The notes: generated by a model not told the origin, from the sequence alone. A stretch of 32,000 nucleotides of DNA from Candidatus Saccharimonadota bacterium (GCA_002421785.1 DIRZ01000003.1:400700-432699), one strand, 5' to 3'. Shown: positions 26,020-32,000, counted from the stretch's first letter. Made by a program: numbers and translations.

Positions 26020-26607
26020 TTAACGCTCTACGGGCTCAGCGTGAATACCAATCATTGAAAGCATTTCAGCCAGTACAGTAGTTGTCAAACCTACAACAGT
26101 GTCGTAACGACCGCTATAGCCCGCAATCAAAGGCGCGGCGCCGCTCTGGATACCGTAGGCCCCCGCTTTGTCCATACAGTCGCCCGTCGCCACATAGTCG
26201 CGAATTGCCTGCTCGTCGTACGGATTGAAGGTCACTTTGGTTGTGTCGCTATCGACAAGATGAATCCCCTCATCCAGACAGATGACTGCAATACCTGTGG
26301 TAACTTCGTGAGTTTTGCCAGCCAAAAGTGTCAGCATTTCGACTGCATTTTCAGGTGAAGTAGGCTTTTCGAGCTGCTTGCCGTCTATGCTCACAATCGT
26401 ATCCGCCCCTATCACCGTCGCCGCGGGAAATTCACGGGCGATCGCCATCGCCTTGCCAGCGGCCAGTTCTTCAGCCACGTCAGCCGGCTCGCGTGCATTA
26501 TTGAGTTGCTCGTCAAAATTGCTCGGCATTACGTCGAACACGATGCCCATTTCGGTCAAAAGTTCTTGCCTACGAGGGGACTGGCTTGCCAGAATAATTT
26601 TTGCCAT
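26020..26607 (-). CDS. maf: Maf-like nucleoside triphosphate pyrophosphatase
   Basis: MAKIILASQSPRRQELL..., GADTIV, GKP..., AGAYGIQ. Confidence 0.92.
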   Translation of the reverse strand: MAKIILASQSPRRQELLTEMGIVFDVMPSNFDEQLNNAREPADVAEELAAGKAMAIAREFPAATVIGADTIVSIDGKQLEKPTSPENAVEMLTLLAGKTHEVTTGIAVICLDEGIHLVDSDTTKVTFNPYDEQAIRDYVATGDCMDKAGAYGIQSGAAPLIAGYSGRYDTVVGLTTTVLAEMLSMIGIHAEPVER

Positions 26608-26613
26608 GCACCC

Positions 26614-26619
26614 ATTCTA
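26614..26619 (-). promoter_or_regulatory. -10 box TAGAAT 6 nt upstream of the maf ATG
   Basis: Minus strand: tttgaTAGAAT gggtgc ATG (26607); no SD. Confidence 0.5.
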
Positions 26620-26661
26620 TCAAATGACAGGCCCGCCCCTCTAGAAATTGCCACCCGCCTC

Positions 26662-26670
26662 TGCTATAAT
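26662..26670 (+). promoter_or_regulatory. Extended -10 promoter (TGcTATAAT) for the tRNA gene
   Basis: The TATAAT ends 13 nt before tRNA position 1. Confidence 0.65.
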
Positions 26671-26683
26671 TGCGTAGTTATAT

Positions 26684-26760
26684 GGCACCGTAGCTCAGCT
26701 GGTTAGAGCGCAGGACTCATAAGCCTGAGGTCACAAGTTCAATCCTTGTCGGTGCTACCA
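26684..26760 (+). tRNA. tRNA with CAU anticodon (elongator Met type; lysidine-modified Ile2 not excluded), CCA encoded
   Basis: Hand-folded cloverleaf: acceptor GGCACCG/CGGTGCT (G1-U72 wobble), D arm GCTC-AGCTGGTTA-GAGC, anticodon arm CAGGA-CTCATAA-GCCTG (A31-G39 mismatch), variable loop AGGTC, T arm ACAAG-TTCAATC-CTTGT, A73, CCA. It lacks initiator features (no 1:72 mismatch, no GGG/CCC in the anticodon stem). Confidence 0.92.
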
Positions 26761-26768
26761 CGAAAGAA

Positions 26769-26791
26769 CCCCACCTAGCGTGGGGCTTTTT
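26769..26791. terminator. Bidirectional rho-independent terminator between the tRNA and the convergent metallopeptidase gene
   Basis: CCCCAC-ctagc-GTGGGG followed by CTTTTT on the plus strand and TTCTTT on the minus strand. The loop contains the stop codon (26775..26777) of the minus-strand gene. Confidence 0.8.
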
Positions 26792-27866
26792 CGTGGCTTG
26801 GGGTACGATTGCGGCGCACTAGCCACCAAATTAGCAGACAAATCCCGACAAGCACACTACTCCCCACTACGAACACCATGAATAACACCACCAGTCCCAC
26901 GAGCAATGTGGGCAGGCCGTCGTCAGGCACCTCTTGGCCTGGATTATCAGGCACCACGGTGCTTTGGGGTTCGGGCGCCAACTCTGCCTGCGCAACGCCG
27001 GAATGAATTTTCGCAAAATATTCATCATCCATTTGTGGCACCACGGCGCGAATCACCTGTTTGTAATACGCCAGTTTGTTGGCAAGTATCACATCGGTTT
27101 TTGCCCACTCTGCAAGCTGGGCGTACCCAGCAGTCGTAAACATGTAGCCGTATAGCTCGGCTTTGTCCTCCTCCATCCCAGAGGTAGCATAGCCCGTGAC
27201 AAACCCAGGCGTCGGGTGCACGCCCGTCAGGCAGGTATTCCCCTCCTCATAACACGTTCCGCCGCCGCCGCCATAGCTAAACTCTGCAGGATTAAGCGCG
27301 GCCCAGCGAGCGTCGTGGTGATACACGTCACCGTAGTACGACGCTTCAAAATAATGAGCATACTCATGGTGAATCACGTGTCGCATATAGGCTTCATCGT
27401 AACTATACGAAATATCATAAATCATGGCGCGCAAGTAGTTCATGGGAGCGGCGGCTCGTGCCTGCGACGTGCCGTTATAGCGGTACTCATACTTGTTTAT
27501 CAGGTTAATCGTTTGCAGGTCTGTTGCCCTGGTCCACTCTGGTGGATACTTGGCCCACTCTTCTACAAACATCACCGCCATGCGCTTATACGTCGGCAGG
27601 TCACCCGGCACAATACTTTGGCAGGTAAACGCGGCGTCCTGCATGCACGTCGTCGTGAGTTTCAGCGAATATTGGTCAAGCAACGACTGTACGCTGCTCG
27701 TGACTTCCTGTACGGTAGTCGCCTGGTTGATACCAGCGGTCAACTGCTGGACATCTGCCAACCGATAAATCGGCGGCGTCGACATAGCCAACGCGGGCAT
27801 CGTAAAACCAGCTAGGCAGCATAACGCCGATAGGAACAAACCAGTGAAGCCACGATAAAACTGCAT
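26775..27866 (-). CDS. Secreted, C-terminally membrane-anchored putative zinc metallopeptidase (HExxH ... EDxAE; Peptidase_Mx1-like)
   Basis: Signal peptide MQFYRGFTGLFLSALCCLAGFTMPALA; VIHHEYAHYFE (HExxH); GFVTGYATSGMEEDKAELYGYMF; Pro-rich linker; C-terminal TM LLVGLVVLFMVFVVGSSVLVGICLLIWWLV followed by RRNR. Confidence 0.55.
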   Translation of the reverse strand: MQFYRGFTGLFLSALCCLAGFTMPALAMSTPPIYRLADVQQLTAGINQATTVQEVTSSVQSLLDQYSLKLTTTCMQDAAFTCQSIVPGDLPTYKRMAVMFVEEWAKYPPEWTRATDLQTINLINKYEYRYNGTSQARAAAPMNYLRAMIYDISYSYDEAYMRHVIHHEYAHYFEASYYGDVYHHDARWAALNPAEFSYGGGGGTCYEEGNTCLTGVHPTPGFVTGYATSGMEEDKAELYGYMFTTAGYAQLAEWAKTDVILANKLAYYKQVIRAVVPQMDDEYFAKIHSGVAQAELAPEPQSTVVPDNPGQEVPDDGLPTLLVGLVVLFMVFVVGSSVLVGICLLIWWLVRRNRTPSHEKAPR

Positions 27867-27890
27867 CTGCTATCAGTGTAGCAGATGCAG
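27861..27890 (-). terminator. Perfect 12-bp hairpin plus U-tract after the 27911..28306 gene, overlapping the start codon of the next gene
   Basis: Minus strand: CTGCATCTGCTA-cactga-TAGCAGATGCAG followed by TTTTAT. The ATG of the metallopeptidase gene (27866..27864) lies in the 3' arm. Confidence 0.6.
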
Positions 27891-27910
27891 TAATGACGGT
27901 AGAGAGTGGT

Positions 27911-28306
27911 CTACACGTCGCGGGCGCTATTGAGCGTAAAAAGCTTAGAAACACCCCAGCCAATCAACGCATACACGGCGACTGCAACGAGCGAGCTAAC
28001 TTCCAACACTGATTGCCCATAGGCGGGCTGGTAGCTAAAGATGCCATAGAATGGCCATGCGAATACACCGCTCAGGGCATATACGAAGCCGACGAACGCG
28101 TTGTTGTCGTTCGCACCGAGCAGCAGCAAGACCAGGCGCAGCACGAGCAGCACAATGATAAATCCGACGATGTACCACACCACGCGGCTGGCGACAACGC
28201 GACCATCAGCCTGAGTCGTCTGGGCAACCGTTTGTCGCTGAACATTCGTGGCGCCTTCTTGCACATTTGTTTCACGAACTTCAGTTGTTTGTCGTTCTTG
28301 GTCCAT
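27911..28306 (-). CDS. Small membrane protein, YggT-like (two or three TM segments after a Gln/Thr-rich N-terminus)
   Basis: RVVWYIVGFIIVLLVLRLVLLLLGAN...FVGFVYALSGVFAWPFYGIF...LEVSSLVAVAVYALIGWGV. This pattern matches proteins commonly annotated as YggT family (from memory). SD AGGAGA is 8 nt upstream. Confidence 0.5.
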   Translation of the reverse strand: MDQERQTTEVRETNVQEGATNVQRQTVAQTTQADGRVVASRVVWYIVGFIIVLLVLRLVLLLLGANDNNAFVGFVYALSGVFAWPFYGIFSYQPAYGQSVLEVSSLVAVAVYALIGWGVSKLFTLNSARDV

Positions 28307-28398
28307 ATCAGTGAATCTCCTATTGATTTAGTGAATATCCTCAGTATAGGAGCGCTGCGTGAGCGGTGATGGGATAATTATCACAGTTTCACTGGGTT

Positions 28399-28539
28399 CT
28401 AGAGGTCAAATTCTTCAACATCAAGTGCTTCGTCGTGTCGGTTCACAAAAGCACGCAACTCAACGGTTGATCGGGGACGGCTCCAGGTAGCGAGTGTCAA
28501 AGAATCATTGAGTGTGTTTTGTTCGGCGATGGCTTCCAT
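28399..28539 (-). CDS. Possible small acidic protein (46 aa), hypothetical
   Basis: Below the ORF-track length cutoff. MEAIAEQNTLNDSLTLATWSRPRSTVELRAFVNRHDEALDVEEFDL, with AAGGA 9 nt upstream. Support is weak: no motif and no comparative evidence. Confidence 0.3.
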   Translation of the reverse strand: MEAIAEQNTLNDSLTLATWSRPRSTVELRAFVNRHDEALDVEEFDL

Positions 28540-28645
28540 TTTTTTGTGTCCTTGTTTGCATTTTTTTGTTTTTATGAACTTATGTACTTAATATAGCATA
28601 TGTTTGCATAAAAAGCAATAGCTTTATGTAAGATTGCTTTCCTTT

Positions 28646-28675
28646 TTGACATTTTTGAGCCGCTTATGGTATAAA
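28646..28675 (+). promoter_or_regulatory. Promoter TTGACA-18-TATAAA for the 28704 gene
   Basis: TTGACA at 28646..28651 and TATAAA at 28670..28675, within an AT-rich divergent intergenic region. Confidence 0.5.
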
Positions 28676-28703
28676 TAACAGCAGAGGATAGCAAAACATA
28701 AAC

Positions 28704-29429
28704 ATGGACTACCCCACTATATTCGGGATTATCGGACTGGCCGCACTGATTCATGCCAGCTTTCAGCTGAGCATCAGCATGGTAACACTTCTCAGCGGCC
28801 ATAGCCTCGGCAGCAAAGCCAAGGCAAGCCGCGCGCTTCACTTAGCGGGCGCTTTTTTTGCTGGCGTCGTCGTCATGACCATGCTGTTCGTTTCGTTCCT
28901 GGCGTACCTTGCTACACAACTGTTCCCTCACTCCGTACCCGCGCTTGCATGGTCAGCAGTGGCAGGTATCTCCATCGGTCTCGGCGTCGCAGTGTGGGCA
29001 TTTTACTACCGCCGCACCAAAGTTGGAACGACCCTGTGGATACCACGGCCAATGGCCAGGTTCCTGAGTGAGCGCACGAAAGCCACGACGTTTGGCGCAG
29101 AAAGCTTCAGCCTTGGGCTGGTAAGCGTCATCGCCGAGGGAATCTTTATCATCGCGCCTGCCAGCGCGGCCGCACTTGCCCTCACCCAGCTGCCCGCCCC
29201 CCTGCAACTTGTAGGTATCGCCCTGTATACCGGTGTCGCGTCACTCGGCATCCTGGTGGTCATCATGCTCATTGGTGGCGGGCACAAGCTCAGCCGTATT
29301 CAAAAATGGCGCGAAGACAACAAACGATTCATGCAATTCGCTGCCGGAAGCGCCCTACTGGTGCTCGGGTTTTACATGTATGTCAATGAAGTAGTGGCAG
29401 CCGTGACTACTGTTACCGGGGGCCTATAG
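28704..29429 (+). CDS. Integral membrane protein (about 6 TM segments), function unknown
   Basis: 241-aa hydrophobic ORF. It vaguely resembles LysE/GAP-type small transporters, but I see no diagnostic motif. Its stop overlaps the next start (TAGTG). Confidence 0.7.
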   Translation: MDYPTIFGIIGLAALIHASFQLSISMVTLLSGHSLGSKAKASRALHLAGAFFAGVVVMTMLFVSFLAYLATQLFPHSVPALAWSAVAGISIGLGVAVWAFYYRRTKVGTTLWIPRPMARFLSERTKATTFGAESFSLGLVSVIAEGIFIIAPASAAALALTQLPAPLQLVGIALYTGVASLGILVVIMLIGGGHKLSRIQKWREDNKRFMQFAAGSALLVLGFYMYVNEVVAAVTTVTGGL

Positions 29430-29716
29430 TGACCACGAAAGCTATTGACGTCGTCAAGCGCCGGGGCAAGCGCGCCACCGAGCCGTTTGACCGCGATAAA
29501 CTACACGCCAGCGTGTATGCCGCTTGCCTGAGTGTCCGAAGCCCCGAGGGCCACGCCCGCCAAACTGCCGAACACGTATGTAATGTCGTGGAAGCCTGGA
29601 GCGCCAACAAACACGTCATTACTAGCGAAGATATCCGCCGCCAAGCCGCCAAAGCACTTGCCCCCCACCATCCGGAAGCCGCGTATTTATACCAACATCA
29701 CCGAGTGATTTTATAA
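29429..29716 (+). CDS. Stand-alone ATP-cone domain protein (95 aa)
   Basis: GTG start. IDVVKRRGKRATEPFDRDKLHASVYAAC...VITSEDIRRQAAKAL...AAYLYQHH fits the ATP-cone pattern (V-KRdG--EpFdr-Ki). There is no zinc ribbon (so not NrdR) and no attached RNR domain. Confidence 0.7.
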   Translation: MTTKAIDVVKRRGKRATEPFDRDKLHASVYAACLSVRSPEGHARQTAEHVCNVVEAWSANKHVITSEDIRRQAAKALAPHHPEAAYLYQHHRVIL

Positions 29717-29728
29717 GGAGAACAAACC

Positions 29729-31105
29729 ATGGCCAAGAAACCACAATTCGACTACGACCTGATTATTATCGGTAGTGGTGCCGGTGGATCGGCTGCCGCC
29801 ACCATTGCAGCGCGTGAAGGCAAAAAAGTCGCCATCATCGAGTCCGAAACCTTTGGCGGCGATTCACCCAACTGGAGTGATGTGCCTACTAAGGCACTGT
29901 TGCACGCTGCTCAGCTATACGACGAAGCACGCCACGGCGCCAGGTTTGGCCTGCGCAGCAACACGCTGGGCTACAACTACCCGAGCCTGCGCACCTGGAA
30001 AGAACTCGCCGTCAAGCGAACGGGCGCAGCTGGCAACAAGAAATTCTACGAATCACAAGGTATCGACGCATTCCTGGGCAATGCACACTTTTTGTCACCC
30101 CATGAAGTGACCGTCAACCGCCGGCACATAACCGCCGCGCATTTTTTGGTGGCTACAGGGTCACACTGGGTCGCCCCTGACATTCAGGGCCTGGCCGATA
30201 TTCATTACCTGACACCGCGCACCATCCTGGAATCGATTCGCCCCCCAAAGAGCCTGTACATTATTGGTGGCGGCACCATTGGCGTGGAGCTAGCGCAACT
30301 AATGGCAATTTTTGGCACAAAGGTTTACCTAGCCGAAGTGGCCGCACGCATCCTGCCTAAAGAAGACGAAGAAGTCGGCGAGCTGATTGAACGGCTGCTG
30401 CTGGAAAACAAAGGCGTCACGACACTCACGCAAACTCGCACCCTCAGCATCATCAAAGATGGGCTCGGCGCGCGCGTCACGTTCCTGCGTGGCGGCGTAG
30501 AAAAATCAGTCCGCGTGGACGAAATTCTGATTGCCACTGGCCGCACACCAAGTGTTGATTTGGGCCTCGAAAATGCCTCGATTCAATACACTCCTGCCGG
30601 CATCGAGGTGAACGAACACCTGCAAACGAGCGCTCGACACATTTATGCTGCCGGGGACGTGCTTGGCCATAGTCGTCACACGCACACCGCACTGCACGAA
30701 AGCCGCGTCGCCGCGCACAACATCCTCATGAAAACACGTGTTGCGCCAGACTATACCGCCTCACCACGCCTGACGTTTACGTTCCCTGGCGTCGCATCAG
30801 TCGGGCTGAGCGAAGATGATTGCCTGAAGCGCGACCTGCCCATCAACAAAGCAACGGCCCCTCTCGGTATCATCGCCCGCAGTAATACGAGTGATTTCCA
30901 TGACGGCTTCGTGAAGGTCATCACCGACAAAAAAGGCGTTATCCTCGGCGCGACCGTCGTTGCCCCCCACGCCGCCGAAATCGTACACGAACTGGCCCTT
31001 GCGGTGAAGTACGGCCTGACCGCCAGTCAAGTCGCCGCCACGCCGCACGCGTTCCTAAGCTGGAGTGAAGGAGTTCGCGTCGCATGCGGCAAGCTCGCCC
31101 GATAG
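29729..31105 (+). CDS. Class-I pyridine nucleotide-disulfide oxidoreductase homolog (Lpd/GR-like) lacking the redox-active CxxxxC
   Basis: SD AAGGAG. FAD motif DLIIIGSGAGGSAAA, NAD motif IIGGGTIGVELA, and GRTP / AAGD motifs. The active-site region reads GGDSPNWSDVPTKALLH instead of GGxCxNxGCxPSKALLH, and the C-terminal HAFLSWSE replaces HAHPTxxE. Confidence 0.85.
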   Translation: MAKKPQFDYDLIIIGSGAGGSAAATIAAREGKKVAIIESETFGGDSPNWSDVPTKALLHAAQLYDEARHGARFGLRSNTLGYNYPSLRTWKELAVKRTGAAGNKKFYESQGIDAFLGNAHFLSPHEVTVNRRHITAAHFLVATGSHWVAPDIQGLADIHYLTPRTILESIRPPKSLYIIGGGTIGVELAQLMAIFGTKVYLAEVAARILPKEDEEVGELIERLLLENKGVTTLTQTRTLSIIKDGLGARVTFLRGGVEKSVRVDEILIATGRTPSVDLGLENASIQYTPAGIEVNEHLQTSARHIYAAGDVLGHSRHTHTALHESRVAAHNILMKTRVAPDYTASPRLTFTFPGVASVGLSEDDCLKRDLPINKATAPLGIIARSNTSDFHDGFVKVITDKKGVILGATVVAPHAAEIVHELALAVKYGLTASQVAATPHAFLSWSEGVRVACGKLAR

Positions 31106-31713
31106 ACCGTCCTCATCAATCATCAGGCTTTACAATCGTCGAGCTGCTCGTAGCGATTGTTGTGATTGCCATTCTCGCATCGATTACTGTTGTCGCATAT
31201 AACGGTATGCAGGACCGAGCCTACGCGACCGACCTAATGAGTCGCATCAACACGTACAAAAAACTCTTGCAGCTTTACCACACTGAACACGGTCAGTTTC
31301 CCGACACAAATGACGCATTTGCGCTCGGCTCCTACGGATCGTGCCTAGGCAAACTATCGGACTACCCCGCCGAAGATGGATGGCCAGCTGGCGTATGCAT
31401 GCAATCAATTGGCAGCACCAACTGGAATGAGTTCGCAAGCGATGACTTCACAAATGCCCTACAACCCTATAGCCGGTCCGCCCTCCCTAGCGGCAAAATA
31501 CGTACTGCGACTGAAATGTACGATGCAACACGAGGTACTCGCTATCGCGGCATCTACTTCGAAGGCGCTGGTGGCAATGGCAACAACGACTGGGCGTATA
31601 TGGAATACGTTGCAAAAGGCAATGTTGCATGCCCACAGTCTGACTACAAACGATATAACGCAGCACCGCAAAACGTAACATTTTGCGGCTATCTCGTTAG
31701 GCAAGCCGACTAG
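31084..31713 (+). CDS. Type IV pilin-like protein (prepilin-type N-terminal cleavage/methylation domain)
   Basis: MRQARPIDRPHQSSG|FTIVELLVAIVVIAILASITVVAYNG: a G-FTxxE prepilin peptidase site plus a hydrophobic helix. Two Cys pairs lie in the C-terminal half. The start overlaps the preceding gene by 22 nt. Confidence 0.85.
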   Translation: MRQARPIDRPHQSSGFTIVELLVAIVVIAILASITVVAYNGMQDRAYATDLMSRINTYKKLLQLYHTEHGQFPDTNDAFALGSYGSCLGKLSDYPAEDGWPAGVCMQSIGSTNWNEFASDDFTNALQPYSRSALPSGKIRTATEMYDATRGTRYRGIYFEGAGGNGNNDWAYMEYVAKGNVACPQSDYKRYNAAPQNVTFCGYLVRQAD

Positions 31714-31774
31714 GGAGTGATTTACCGCATATCAATGTCGAGCGTACACCACGTCGAGCCCCTCAACATCGGAA

Positions 31775-31938
31775 TTTTCTTGGTTGCGGGGGCAGGAATT
31801 GGTCACATTCTGCGACCCCGAAACTTCACGATTGAAAACAAGTTTTCATCGGAAGGTTTCCTTGCGAACTGCCACCACGGCAGTTCGCACCTACGACCTG
31901 ACGGGTCGCAGCTTCAACCAGCCTCATAACCAAGAAAA
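31775..31938. other. Structured non-coding region (candidate ncRNA or cis-regulatory RNA); strand unresolved
   Basis: TTTTCTTGGTT (31775..31785) can pair with AACCAAGAAAA (31928..31938). This encloses several hairpins, including a perfect 10-bp stem GCGAACTGCC-accac-GGCAGTTCGC (31864..31888). The only ORF here (31717..31929, GTG start) has no motif and no usable SD. Confidence 0.35.
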
Positions 31939-31971
31939 AAGCCCCACCAAGGTGGGACTGTTTTCTTGGTT
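31928..31971. terminator. Long bidirectional rho-independent terminator hairpin (18 of 20 bp)
   Basis: AACCAAGAAAAAAGCCCCAC-caag-GTGGGACTGTTTTCTTGGTT. A GC-rich core is flanked by an A-tract and a T-tract. The minus-strand reading gives GGGGC followed by TTTTTTC. Confidence 0.75.
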
Positions 31972-32000
31972 GCCCAAGTGGCTCTGCATTGGAACCAGAT

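Noticed and set aside
26020-26760. Functional link between the tRNA(CAU) gene and tilS (2.6 kb away)
   Set aside because: Three unrelated genes separate them, and they belong to different transcription units. The proximity is probably coincidental.
28572-28841. 89-aa minus-strand ORF spanning the AT-rich intergenic region and the start of the 28704 gene
   Set aside because: It overlaps a better-supported membrane-protein gene and the promoter region. The AT-rich part gives an implausible sequence.
31717-31929. 70-aa plus-strand ORF after the pilin gene
   Set aside because: The GTG start directly abuts GGGAG (no spacer) and the product has no motif. The region is dominated by strong RNA hairpins, so it is treated as non-coding. 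Protein coding cannot be fully excluded.
31714-31973. Possible identity as tmRNA, SRP RNA, RNase P RNA or a T-box leader
   Set aside because: No tRNA-like ends or tag ORF ending in hydrophobic residues (tmRNA). GUCAGGUC is present on the minus strand but without the adjacent GNRA loop and GGAAGCAGC partner (SRP). No GAGGAAAGUCC-type motif (RNase P). AAGGTGGGACTG resembles the T-box core at 9 of 12 positions, but it lies on the 3' arm of the terminator, which is the wrong side for a T-box.
1-32000. Search for CRISPR arrays, transposases/integrases, prophage genes, toxin-antitoxin pairs or known defence-system genes
   Set aside because: No tandem repeat-spacer structure, no recombinase-like ORFs and no recognisable defence domains were seen. 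The window looks like core chromosome with a few lineage-specific genes.

Overview
Gene-dense (about 90% coding), roughly 50% GC chromosomal segment using the standard genetic code (TGA is a stop). No rRNA, CRISPR array, transposase or integrase was seen. Most genes are on the minus strand. They include a complete but fragmented HrcA/CIRCE heat-shock regulon (hrcA-grpE, dnaK and dnaJ, with four CIRCE operators), lepA, murJ, ftsH, tilS, a Y-family DNA polymerase, maf and one tRNA(CAU). The gene repertoire includes a shortened HrcA and TilS, a type IV pilin, DUF4190-type membrane proteins and little biosynthesis. By inference only, this resembles a reduced-genome bacterium of the Patescibacteria/Saccharibacteria type. 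Main items for follow-up: (1) a MATCAP-like DUF1704 HExxxH carboxypeptidase next to a retropepsin-like DTGA peptidase at the left edge, possibly a protein C-terminal tail-trimming module. (2) A class-I flavoprotein disulfide-reductase homolog that has lost both redox cysteines and the catalytic His, coupled to an orphan ATP-cone protein, a membrane protein and a pilin. (3) A roughly 260-nt highly structured non-coding region after the pilin gene, with a 13-nt direct repeat and its complement. (4) A pilin-like domain anchored by a DUF4190 multi-TM N-terminus instead of a prepilin signal. (5) A small unknown protein translationally coupled to the Y-family polymerase. (6) A recurrent promoter -10 box 6-8 nt from the ATG (leaderless architecture), alongside classical SD-led genes. 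(7) A 1055-aa polytopic membrane protein and two paralogous six-hairpin-glycosidase-like genes wedged into the chaperone locus. All family assignments come from motif recognition by eye; no database search was run.
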